From: a virus
Taxonomy: Duplodnaviria > Caudoviricetes
Reading direction: 5' to 3' (one strand)
Virus record (IMG/VR): IMGVR_UViG_3300029288_000149
Coordinates: 11,317-75,316 of that record
DNA length: 64,000 nucleotides
Shown here: positions 19,933 through 29,210 of the stretch, piece after piece
Position numbering within the stretch: position 1 is the first letter of the stretch
Layout: the number at the start of each line of letters is the position of its first letter
Position numbers and translations under genes: made by a program
Notes under the pieces: generated by a model
What the model was told of the DNA's origin: nothing
Seen by the model: only the letters and a program-made list of their open reading frames with translations
Databases searched by the model: none

Positions 19933-21426
19933 TTAGATGCCAACGAAATTGCTGATTGTCTTGGAGATAAAGGCAGTACCACCGTGAGGCTCACCACCAA
20001 CAAAGACAACGTTCGGATCAACGACTGCTAGTGCATTGAGACCAGAATTGGTTGGCAAACCAAGAGCCCACAACCTGAAGGAAGCTCCACCATCAACGGA
20101 TCTGAATACACGACTACCTGAGGCAGTTGTGGCAATGACCCAAATAATTGAGTCACCCCACGAGGCAATTCTGTCAATTGATGTGACAGCAATACCTTGC
20201 ACAGCCAGAGTAGTCCACTCATCACCATTATCATAAGAACCATACAATTCACCAGCATTATTGCCGATTAAGACAGTTCCATCAGGAGTCAGACAAACAG
20301 ACATATTATCGTCACCAGAACCGGCAACGGGACCAGTTACGACAGTCCAAGAAGCACCATAATCTGAGCTATACAACACAAGATTGGACTCACCAACTGC
20401 CCACAATGTGCCGTCTCGGTAACCTGTAATGTCATACAAATCAGCAGCACCAGCATACACAGATTCCCAAGTCACACCACCATCACCAGACATATAGATA
20501 TTACCTAAGTCTGTGACAGCATACACATGAGTCCAATCCATACAGTACAACTTGTTGATGTATTCATCATCAGTTGTGCCAACTTCAACCTGTACCCAGG
20601 TAGTCGTTCCCATGACGGTAACATCAGCGTATGCAACGATAGCATGTTCTCCAGCACGAGTAGTACCACCTGACACAATCAGACGATGAGCTTTCTTTGT
20701 ACCAATAGCCAAGATATCAGAGATATCCACACCTGCTGGTAATGGATTTGAGCTAGTCTGTAACCAGGTCTCACCTTTGTCACCAGTGTACCAAACATTC
20801 GCTGTGTTGAGAGCAGAACCCACCAACTTCAAGGTTGCAAGATAACCATTCTCACCAGCATCTGCTTGAGACCTACAATCTTCAAGACATTCAGATTCAA
20901 GGAACGCCATAGCACTGACAGCTTCTGTCTCGAGAATTGTGCGAGGTGAGGTAAACTCGACACCAAAGTCAACGGGAATTGGACCAACTTCAGCCACAAA
21001 CGGTACAGTGGTCTGTACAGGAGCGTCGTCACCTTCGATCATTGCCATACGGTCGATCGACAAATCACCACGGTGAGAACGTTCCCACAACAGCATTGAG
21101 GATGAACCATAATAATCGTCAGCTCTACCACACTTACCAAGATGACATTGGAAGTTGGAAGTACAATCCTTCAGTCCTAACATATAGTTGAATGTGTTCT
21201 GAAGTCTTGTATCAATTTGGAATTGTGGTAACGCAGGTTCACCCTTTGTAATATCCACAATAACACTTTCACCACGCTTCGATGCTGACGGCTCCCTGAT
21301 GGCAGTAAGGTTACCAACCGGATCTGTGATACCAGTTATGCCATAAGGCAGAAGAAGTTGATAAGGTTCAAATTTCTTCCGCTGAAGCCAAATTCTACCA
21401 CTCTTATACTTGAAAGATCCAGACAT
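19933..21426 (-). CDS. major tail protein candidate with C-terminal BNR/Asp-box beta-propeller
   Basis: Position upstream of chaperones; Asp-box repeats TGDKGETW, SGDGGVTW, SSDYGASW, SYDNGDEW, SVDGGASF. Confidence 0.6.
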   Translation of the reverse strand: MSGSFKYKSGRIWLQRKKFEPYQLLLPYGITGITDPVGNLTAIREPSASKRGESVIVDITKGEPALPQFQIDTRLQNTFNYMLGLKDCTSNFQCHLGKCGRADDYYGSSSMLLWERSHRGDLSIDRMAMIEGDDAPVQTTVPFVAEVGPIPVDFGVEFTSPRTILETEAVSAMAFLESECLEDCRSQADAGENGYLATLKLVGSALNTANVWYTGDKGETWLQTSSNPLPAGVDISDILAIGTKKAHRLIVSGGTTRAGEHAIVAYADVTVMGTTTWVQVEVGTTDDEYINKLYCMDWTHVYAVTDLGNIYMSGDGGVTWESVYAGAADLYDITGYRDGTLWAVGESNLVLYSSDYGASWTVVTGPVAGSGDDNMSVCLTPDGTVLIGNNAGELYGSYDNGDEWTTLAVQGIAVTSIDRIASWGDSIIWVIATTASGSRVFRSVDGGASFRLWALGLPTNSGLNALAVVDPNVVFVGGEPHGGTAFISKTISNFVGI

Positions 21427-21845
21427 TATGTGCCTCCTATTATATCATGCACTGTTTTATATAAATTTGCAGAAGTCTTACGTGTAATTGCACCAATTAC
21501 ACTTGCGACTCCATTCGGATTACGTTCCATGTCTTCTATTGTAAATATACCTTGAGCATATAAAGCACTTTGCAATTCTTCAGGAGATATGGTAATACCG
21601 TCAGGATAGATCAACTTCCAGTCTATACCATGCTCTGTTCCTGTGGAAATTGCCTCAGGTAAGATATTGACATTCATACCTGGTCTTGAACCTGTTACAT
21701 AATCCCTAGCCACAATGTAAGTCTTATTGTCATATCTGACAACTGCAATCTTGCCTGTTAGAGAAATTATCTTTACCGTAAGTTTGTCAGTCACATTAAT
21801 CTCACAATCTTCTTGAAACTGTGCCACCCATCTTATGAGCAACAT
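21426..21845 (-). CDS. hypothetical virion-module protein
   Basis: 139-aa ORF in structural operon. Confidence 0.6.
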   Translation of the reverse strand: MLLIRWVAQFQEDCEINVTDKLTVKIISLTGKIAVVRYDNKTYIVARDYVTGSRPGMNVNILPEAISTGTEHGIDWKLIYPDGITISPEELQSALYAQGIFTIEDMERNPNGVASVIGAITRKTSANLYKTVHDIIGGT

Positions 21846-22305
21846 CTGTCAGTGTCGTATTCATGTCATTCAAAAGACTCTGCAGATTACCATTTTCAAA
21901 TCTAAGTCTCGGAGCCATGCCTGGAATTGAGTATTCCAGATCAGTTATTGAGCCATCAAGATTTATTTCTCCATGCCAATTTCCATCTTCTCTCTTATCT
22001 ACTATCAAATTAAGTCTGGATGGGAAATCATAATTTGTAGCTCTGCTTCTGGCACGTGATGTCACAGGCTTCAACATTACTTGCTTATCATAAAATTGTG
22101 CACTCTTTGAATATCCAGCTCTGTAAAGTTTATTATTTTCCAAATCAGAAATAACAGACTTTGAAGAACCTTTATCCATAACAACAGGTGTTCCTGGTGA
22201 TGAACCTTTAGGAGCTGACCCACCTACTTCACCAGGTCTACCCTTATGACCATGGAAGCCTGAACCAGCACCACCTTTGAGTCTGATAGTTAGTTTAACC
22301 ATCAC
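21802..22305 (-). CDS. KGGxGSG-tagged protein, unknown cargo
   Basis: N-terminal LKGGAGSGFHGHKGRPGEVGGSAP. Confidence 0.8.
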   Translation of the reverse strand: MMVKLTIRLKGGAGSGFHGHKGRPGEVGGSAPKGSSPGTPVVMDKGSSKSVISDLENNKLYRAGYSKSAQFYDKQVMLKPVTSRARSRATNYDFPSRLNLIVDKREDGNWHGEINLDGSITDLEYSIPGMAPRLRFENGNLQSLLNDMNTTLTDVAHKMGGTVSRRL

Positions 22306-23360
22306 AATCTCCTTATATTCCCTGGGAATTTACCACCTTGTCCAACCTTTGCTCTTGAATCTGCAACCCATGCATCAACAGCACCACTCTTTGAACCATA
22401 TGGAGTGATAATACTGTTAGGATTCTCTTCGACATCATCTGACCAATATCGATGTTCTGCATCACAAGAGCAAGGCTCGAATGGCATAAGACAATGTGCC
22501 AATCTAAGAGTTTGCATCTCTGTCATGACAGACTCCTGTCTGCCTGACAAGTAAGATACTCTAACGACAGCTTTGGAAGAATCTGAGCATGCTGCAAATC
22601 CGATAACACACAGTAAATTGTATATGTCTAAGTCAATGATTGACAACCGTTTGCTCTTTATCAATGCTGCTCCTGCTGTTGGTGTCTCAGCAAATGCATC
22701 ACCGAAGGTTATGTAATGCACACCCTCTGTTGCATCATAACTGACATATTTCACATCAACAGTTGTCAATAAGTTTGTATCATCATCGTACTGTAATGGA
22801 TCCTCACGGTCGTCATTCAGGGATGGTAATACTAATCTAGACCTCGGTATTTTTATCGTCAATACACCTGCTAATAATGATATGTAACTCGGATGGATTG
22901 GAACTGACTCACCAGGATAATAAACTACAATATCAGAAGTCGGTACAACCAAGGCTGTTGCAATAGTTAACACAACCGGGTCAATAATATTACCACTACC
23001 ATCGCGATGAGTAATTGCTACAGCAGTCTGTATATCTGTTATCGTCTTCAATCCCACACTAATAAGATGCTTCTTGTTCAGAACAAGAGGAGTGGTAATT
23101 GGGTATTCTTCACTTTCGATATACTTAGGAGCTATAAAGTAACCCAATTCCTGTTCACGCTTCTCCTCAGCTATGGCTAGATATCTTGCAAGATTATCTC
23201 TGTTAGATTGTCTCCAGATTGTAGTACAACTGTACACAGGAACTTCACCCGGTTTGTTCAAACCATTGAAGGCAGCGATAGGTAAACTCAACAATTCCTG
23301 ATAACGATCAAGAGTTAGACCAGTTTGCTGAGTAAGAGATATGTCCTGTGTTCTAGCCAT
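22302..23360 (-). CDS. putative head-tail connector/completion protein
   Basis: 352 aa, position between head and tail genes. Confidence 0.45.
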   Translation of the reverse strand: MARTQDISLTQQTGLTLDRYQELLSLPIAAFNGLNKPGEVPVYSCTTIWRQSNRDNLARYLAIAEEKREQELGYFIAPKYIESEEYPITTPLVLNKKHLISVGLKTITDIQTAVAITHRDGSGNIIDPVVLTIATALVVPTSDIVVYYPGESVPIHPSYISLLAGVLTIKIPRSRLVLPSLNDDREDPLQYDDDTNLLTTVDVKYVSYDATEGVHYITFGDAFAETPTAGAALIKSKRLSIIDLDIYNLLCVIGFAACSDSSKAVVRVSYLSGRQESVMTEMQTLRLAHCLMPFEPCSCDAEHRYWSDDVEENPNSIITPYGSKSGAVDAWVADSRAKVGQGGKFPGNIRRL

Positions 23361-23362
23361 TG

Positions 23363-24448
23363 TTAGTCCAGAATTGGGTTCCCTAATTGATAACTACCTT
23401 GACTCAACATTGATGATAAATCCTCACGTTCCTGCTTGTTGAACCTCATATTATTAATCTTTTGATAATCTCTGATAAGTAATCGAACAGATGGTGTTAA
23501 ACCTCGTTTTCTCATCTTATCAGCAATATCATACATTTGATTTGTTATGTCATCAAGAACTTGTTCATAAGCATCTTGTGCTTGTGACTCTTGCCCTGTA
23601 GTATCATACTCACCAGATGCAATTCTTCTGTTATGTAAAATTTTCATATTTTCTGTAACATTACTGGTATCATCCCTAAACATATTAGCATATGCCTCGT
23701 GAGCACTACCTCTACTCAATTCTCCATCCTCATTGGGGATACGTGATCTAATTCCTGGTAAATCTCCAGGTTTATCATCTGGAGAATGAACTTCTCTACG
23801 ATTGAGTTTAGTAGTCTTCCTACCACTCGCTTGACCACCAGCAGGAAGGGATCCACCATGATGACCGGGAATGCCTCTGTGTCCATGATGTCCTGAACCG
23901 GGACCACCTTTGAGCCGCATAACATAAGATTTACCAATAAATTCCTTCTGACCTGTCCAGTAATCTTCGAGTGACTTTGTGTCTGGAGGAGTTACGAGTA
24001 TGCCGTACTTCTCAGGACCGAGCATAGCCTTGTATCCAAAACCCTTCAGATAGTTAATCATTCCTTGCACTTGCTTAGGTGTCTCTGCACCATAAGCAAC
24101 CATAGGGAATGATCCAAGATCATGTGTGCCATCCTCAGATAAATGAGAAGTATCACTACCATAAACAGTATAACCAACTTTAGTTCTACTGTTTATGAGC
24201 TCAGCAGCACCTCTTGCAATGTCCTTAACAATTCTTCTGTCTGTAAAAGATTTGATGCCAAGAGCAATTGCCTTCTTACCAATGGCTATAAGTTCCTTAG
24301 AATAAGGATCCAAACCTGATTCATCAGGAGCTTGGGAACCAGATGCCGAGCTACCTTCAGGAGAACTCCCACCAACAAAACCAGGACGACCTTTATGACC
24401 ATGAAATCCTGATCCAGGACCACCTTTGAGTCGAATTGTATAAGCCAT
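23363..24448 (-). CDS. double-tagged protein (two KGGxGSG tags, two unknown cargo domains)
   Basis: LKGGPGSGFHGHKGRPGFVGGS at N-terminus and LKGGPGSGHHGHRGIPGHHGGSLP internally. Confidence 0.8.
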   Translation of the reverse strand: MAYTIRLKGGPGSGFHGHKGRPGFVGGSSPEGSSASGSQAPDESGLDPYSKELIAIGKKAIALGIKSFTDRRIVKDIARGAAELINSRTKVGYTVYGSDTSHLSEDGTHDLGSFPMVAYGAETPKQVQGMINYLKGFGYKAMLGPEKYGILVTPPDTKSLEDYWTGQKEFIGKSYVMRLKGGPGSGHHGHRGIPGHHGGSLPAGGQASGRKTTKLNRREVHSPDDKPGDLPGIRSRIPNEDGELSRGSAHEAYANMFRDDTSNVTENMKILHNRRIASGEYDTTGQESQAQDAYEQVLDDITNQMYDIADKMRKRGLTPSVRLLIRDYQKINNMRFNKQEREDLSSMLSQGSYQLGNPILD

Positions 24449-24449
24449 A

Positions 24450-24776
24450 TTAGACCACCTTCTCAGCTAAAAATCCTGACACACCTACGCTCCCAGGAAT
24501 AAGCCAGATTAACGACACGTAATTACCACTAACTAAATATACGTAAGTTAGTGAGAGTAAAATCGCTATCCATGTGCCTGTACACCAATGACATACCAAT
24601 AATTTAGCAAAGAATTTCGTCGGAGGATCATACACTTCCTCATCACCAATAAAGGAGTAATGTACTCCAGCCAAAATTCTGACCTTCTTGAAGATATCTT
24701 TTGGACCATCCGTATAACATATCAGATAAGTCAATCCAAAGGTTGCCAATCCTATAACAAGTATAGACTCAAGCAC
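24450..24776 (-). CDS. DUF1360-like membrane protein
   Basis: Hydrophobic helices and LLVCHWCTGTW motif. Confidence 0.65.
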   Translation of the reverse strand: MLESILVIGLATFGLTYLICYTDGPKDIFKKVRILAGVHYSFIGDEEVYDPPTKFFAKLLVCHWCTGTWIAILLSLTYVYLVSGNYVSLIWLIPGSVGVSGFLAEKVV

Positions 24777-25998
24777 CGTCTTTACCTGCCTTCTTACCTA
24801 ACCAAAACAACACTCCTGATCTACCTTTGCCTCTCTTCTCACGCTCCAGAAGTACTGCAGCTGTCTCTTCTGTCACATCCAAGTCACGAATATCACCGAC
24901 GGTCAATGCTGCGACATCAGGAAGTGACTCCTCAACAACAGGTTCTACGACAGGTTTCCGAACAACGTCAACAACTGGAGTTCTTGTTACAACCTCTTCC
25001 AGCTTCTGCTCTTCAACCTTCTCGACAACAGCTTCCTTCTCGACCTTCACAAAGAATGATCTTCTGCCTGGAGTTTCAGGACTGGTAGCATCGTTAGGGT
25101 CAACATAATAGTAATTACCATATTCGACCTTGTATGCAAAGTGTGTGAACACACCCTTGTAATAATGTGCAGCTTGACCTTTACCACCAGTGTAAAAAGC
25201 AAGTATACGACCATCCTGTGTACCAGGAAGATTATTCACATTAGCAGCAGCAGCAACTTGAGCTTTACTTGCAATAGCCTCTGCTGACGTACGTCTCTTA
25301 CCACCACATGCTGGGCAACTCACTTGGAACCTCCTTAAACTATTCAATATGTCACGAGAAATTTGCACTGATATTGCTGTGTCTTTTATGTTACGAGTCC
25401 TCTGTTTATCATGTTGTCTGTAACGTAATAAAGGTTCGTGTAAATTTTTACCACAATATGTTAGCATCAACCTAGAATTGTACTCAGCATCCTCATACAA
25501 ATCCAGATTCTCATTCCAACCACCAATTGCTCTCCATTGATCAACAGCATGTAAGACAGTCACAGAGGCAATACCCAATTTCTCCTGTGCTAATTTACAT
25601 GAAAAATCAAGAAGACGATAATGTGCTACTTCCTGTGTGCCGAACTTTGCCAAATCAGGATAAACAGGTGTGCCATCCCAAGTACTCAACAACTTATCTA
25701 CAGCACCATCAACAAGTTTGTCATCACAATCAAGTGGTAATATGAGACTTGTAGTAACCTGTTCGACTGCACGATTTCTTGTGTGAGACACACCCTTGTG
25801 CACAGAACTTTTGAAGACTTTCAAATTACTGACATTCTCAAAGTGCAATTTCAATAACTCTGTGTCCAATTGTGAATAATCATCATAAACAATAACCTGA
25901 CAATCCTGTCTCAAAGCAGAATCGATACATTCATACAACCAAGTAGTTGATTGTTCGTCTATAACATAAGCAGGAATTATAATCGTAACATCTTTCAT
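24769..25998 (-). CDS. GT2 glycosyltransferase fused to CxxC segment and C-terminal helical virion-type domain
   Basis: VTIIIPAY; GVSHTRN; LPLDCDD; EDAEY; CPACGG; C-terminal LTVGDIRDL..EREKRGKGRSGVL. Confidence 0.8.
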   Translation of the reverse strand: MKDVTIIIPAYVIDEQSTTWLYECIDSALRQDCQVIVYDDYSQLDTELLKLHFENVSNLKVFKSSVHKGVSHTRNRAVEQVTTSLILPLDCDDKLVDGAVDKLLSTWDGTPVYPDLAKFGTQEVAHYRLLDFSCKLAQEKLGIASVTVLHAVDQWRAIGGWNENLDLYEDAEYNSRLMLTYCGKNLHEPLLRYRQHDKQRTRNIKDTAISVQISRDILNSLRRFQVSCPACGGKRRTSAEAIASKAQVAAAANVNNLPGTQDGRILAFYTGGKGQAAHYYKGVFTHFAYKVEYGNYYYVDPNDATSPETPGRRSFFVKVEKEAVVEKVEEQKLEEVVTRTPVVDVVRKPVVEPVVEESLPDVAALTVGDIRDLDVTEETAAVLLEREKRGKGRSGVLFWLGKKAGKDGA

Positions 25999-27695
25999 TA
26001 TAATAATATACCCCTGACTCTGTTAGAAGTTGATAACAATTTCTTGAACAATTCGTCTACCCTAACGTCGAAGCTGTGTTTAGTCATGACAAATTCCTGT
26101 CCTTCTTTGGCAATCTTCAACCGCTTATCTTCATTCTTCATCCAGTATTTTATAAGGTCTGGAATCTCTTCTATGGAGTCCCAGGTAACAAGATGCACAC
26201 CATTCTTCAGACCTGTGTACTTCTCCATACCCTTGAAGCTCTGCTGCAGCATGAATGTACCAGCATACAAACATTGAAGAATTCTGTTCGACACATAACC
26301 CACAGAATCTCTCCACTGGCAATCTCCGAGAGCTATTTTACAATTCATATACAACCTCTGACCTTCATCGAAGTTGTACAAATTCATGCCTTCAACCCTT
26401 ATTGACTTCCAATCTCCATAAATTCCAACATTAACACCACGTAAATTCCTTAACATATTCCCAAATACTTTACGCTTCTCCGAGTACTCATTCCCTAAGA
26501 ATAATACATCATGTTTTCTAGTAGTAACAGTCGGCAAAGCGTCTGACTCTTCATAACCAATCTGCCAATACATCCAATTCTTGTATTTCTTGTGTACGTC
26601 AGCACAGACAAATGAGGCAACATCGAATTCGTGCATAAGACGTATATAACTCTCAGAATACAATATGCTGGGATTATAATCACCATTCCAATTTACAAAT
26701 ACAGCGTCCTTGTGTTCTTGTCTCAATTCCTTCATCAAGTTTATTGGGAATACATCACTATTGTGTAATTGTAATAAGAATACATCAGGCTTGAACATAT
26801 TCGCAACATCAAATATCAGAAGAGGATTATTCATGTAATCCACTTCTGACACAGCAGACCGTCTTGCAAGAGCGTCCCTTAACCCTCGCTTTGTAGTCAA
26901 TTGCATCCTTATTCTGTGCTCATAAATTGGAGCATACAAGATTCGTAATTTACGTTTCAATGGATTCGGTACAAGAGGTTTTGACACAATATTTGGACCG
27001 TGTCTTCCAACTAACCATTTCTTCATGTAAGCAATAGAATCTGGATGTTGTCCTTTGTTCAGTTCTACAGAACCTGTATTCTTGATCCGTAATTCATCCA
27101 TTGGCATCTTGTCGTGAATACAAGCACAAGGTACAGGTTCAATCTTGTATCCTAATTCATAAATATTACAAGACAGTTCGTTGTCACCACCATATGTCTT
27201 TGTGTAATTACCCCACCATCCAACCTTATCACCAAGCCACTTCGGTACTATGCAAACCTGTCCGTAAGGTACACTAACGTGCACACCATCTCTGGTGGCA
27301 GCCAGCAATTCGACATGAAACTCCCTATTACCTCTGTCCTGATAAAAACAGCCTATGCCGACATCCTTGTGATCTTCCATGTAAGCATATGCTGCTTGAA
27401 TACTTTCAAATACAAATTCAATGTCATCATTACCGATAACTACATATCTACCTTTAGCTTGTGCAAACCCTGCATTGAACGCTTTGACAGCACCTAGCAA
27501 GGCACCCTGTTGTATGAAAACTATATCAGGTTGTGATTTACACCAAACTGGAGTTCCATCTTTTGATCCACCATCAACAACGATTATCTCATAAGGTATA
27601 CCTCTTCCTATGGATAATCTTGTGGATTCAACCATCTTTTGAAGATAATTTAAGCGATTGTACGTTCCTGTTACAACGCTTATTTCTATTCTCAT
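25998..27695 (-). CDS. bifunctional glycosyltransferase (GT2 + CgeB/YkvP-like GT-B)
   Basis: ISVVTGTYNR; IIVVDGGSKDGT; GNDD; C-half DVLFLGN..SNRILQCLYAGTFML. Confidence 0.85.
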   Translation of the reverse strand: MRIEISVVTGTYNRLNYLQKMVESTRLSIGRGIPYEIIVVDGGSKDGTPVWCKSQPDIVFIQQGALLGAVKAFNAGFAQAKGRYVVIGNDDIEFVFESIQAAYAYMEDHKDVGIGCFYQDRGNREFHVELLAATRDGVHVSVPYGQVCIVPKWLGDKVGWWGNYTKTYGGDNELSCNIYELGYKIEPVPCACIHDKMPMDELRIKNTGSVELNKGQHPDSIAYMKKWLVGRHGPNIVSKPLVPNPLKRKLRILYAPIYEHRIRMQLTTKRGLRDALARRSAVSEVDYMNNPLLIFDVANMFKPDVFLLQLHNSDVFPINLMKELRQEHKDAVFVNWNGDYNPSILYSESYIRLMHEFDVASFVCADVHKKYKNWMYWQIGYEESDALPTVTTRKHDVLFLGNEYSEKRKVFGNMLRNLRGVNVGIYGDWKSIRVEGMNLYNFDEGQRLYMNCKIALGDCQWRDSVGYVSNRILQCLYAGTFMLQQSFKGMEKYTGLKNGVHLVTWDSIEEIPDLIKYWMKNEDKRLKIAKEGQEFVMTKHSFDVRVDELFKKLLSTSNRVRGILL

Positions 27696-27736
27696 TTACA
27701 CAACCTCAGTCCATTAATATAACTTGTCAGCAATAA

Positions 27737-27767
27737 GAATTACAGGAGTTGTTAGCTCCTGTAATTC
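27737..27767 (-). terminator. intrinsic terminator after major capsid gene
   Basis: 12-bp stem GAATTACAGGAG/CTCCTGTAATTC followed by a short T-rich run on the minus strand. Confidence 0.65.
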
Positions 27768-27792
27768 GCCTTCAAGGAGAAACAGTGACTGA

Positions 27793-29169
27793 TTACGATA
27801 AGGCAGCAGCCTTGTAAAGCAAACCACCACCAGGCAGATAATCCGGTTGGAATGGATCACCTGAGACCGGACGTCTCATCTTGGCACAAGCCACATTACT
27901 GATACGCACCTGTGCCCACGGAGCAGCCAGATAGAGTTCAGGAGACATACCCATCATCAGGGTAATACACCAGTTGTCTTCCTTTGCCTTTGACACGAAC
28001 CGACCAGCAGCATCAGCACGTGCAGAGAATGAAGGTGCGTATTTCTTGACACGATTGGTGTATTCCCGAAGATCAAGATATTCACCATACAGAACATCCA
28101 AGTTGCCGATTCTGCGAGAGAGAATGTAGATGTCAGTTGAATATCCATACAGGGACTTGTTGATGTCCAAGGAGTCTTCCACGATGATTGGGAGCCGACG
28201 ACCGGATTTGAGATTGATAAATCCGACAGCACTGGCACCATCGTAAAGTGGACCACCGTTGAGTGCGAACCTTGCCTTACGTTGTTCTGCTCGCAGAGCC
28301 TGATCAGTGACATCGTTGCTGTCAGTAACACCACAAGTGGTGTAACAGGCATAAGCGTCCAGAAGGCAGGTTGCCATGAAGCGAGAGGTCAACAAGATCA
28401 TGTCAGTTTCGGTGATTGGACCAAGGTCTTGAGCACGATATTCAATTTCTGTGATGACTTCATCAAGATAATTGAAGAAGTTGCCAAAACCATTATTCTC
28501 ACCATCAAGGGTGTCGTTTGCCCAATTGACGAGAATACTGTCCAACATCGGTGCTGGTTGACCGTCATCGTCAACGTATCCGGTTTTGATGATGGTCTCG
28601 AGACCATTCATCTCATTGGCAGAGAGGTGAGAATCGTGAATAACACCACGCCGCAGGGACTGTTGCATTGCGGTCATGATGCCGTTCATCTGCCATTCGA
28701 TGTCATCAGCGATAACCTTACCGTTGAGACGATAACGAGGACTGGTTTCACAACGATCCTGATTGATGGTATGAGGATCAAGTGGATCACCAATTCGGTG
28801 GTACCATGAAGAGTGCAGGAGCTCATATCCAGCATGACCGTACTCAAAACCAACAGTAGGATCAGCACAGGGAGCACCAGCACCTGTCGTAGCACCTTGT
28901 CCAGAAGTTCCTTCAGGACCAAACCAGGTAATGAAGTCAACACGTCTGCGATAGAATCGATTTGGACGCCAGCCAAGCCAGTTGATCAGACCGTGTGATT
29001 GAACTTGCAGACCAAACACATCTCCCTGAACACAGGGATCGAAGATCGAATACCGACCATAGATGTTGACAGTTGAAGGATCTCCGAGATCCTGCTCCTT
29101 CAACACCGTACGACCAGAATCGAAGAAAGTTACGAGAGCATTACTGGGTTTAACAATAGGTTGTACCAT
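27793..29169 (-). CDS. major capsid protein
   Basis: 458 aa, after protease/scaffold; visibly C-ending codon bias of a highly expressed gene; followed by a terminator. Confidence 0.8.
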   Translation of the reverse strand: MVQPIVKPSNALVTFFDSGRTVLKEQDLGDPSTVNIYGRYSIFDPCVQGDVFGLQVQSHGLINWLGWRPNRFYRRRVDFITWFGPEGTSGQGATTGAGAPCADPTVGFEYGHAGYELLHSSWYHRIGDPLDPHTINQDRCETSPRYRLNGKVIADDIEWQMNGIMTAMQQSLRRGVIHDSHLSANEMNGLETIIKTGYVDDDGQPAPMLDSILVNWANDTLDGENNGFGNFFNYLDEVITEIEYRAQDLGPITETDMILLTSRFMATCLLDAYACYTTCGVTDSNDVTDQALRAEQRKARFALNGGPLYDGASAVGFINLKSGRRLPIIVEDSLDINKSLYGYSTDIYILSRRIGNLDVLYGEYLDLREYTNRVKKYAPSFSARADAAGRFVSKAKEDNWCITLMMGMSPELYLAAPWAQVRISNVACAKMRRPVSGDPFQPDYLPGGGLLYKAAALS

Positions 29170-29210
29170 AGTTTTACCTCCAATTACAGAATGTGATACG
29201 GCATTATCAC

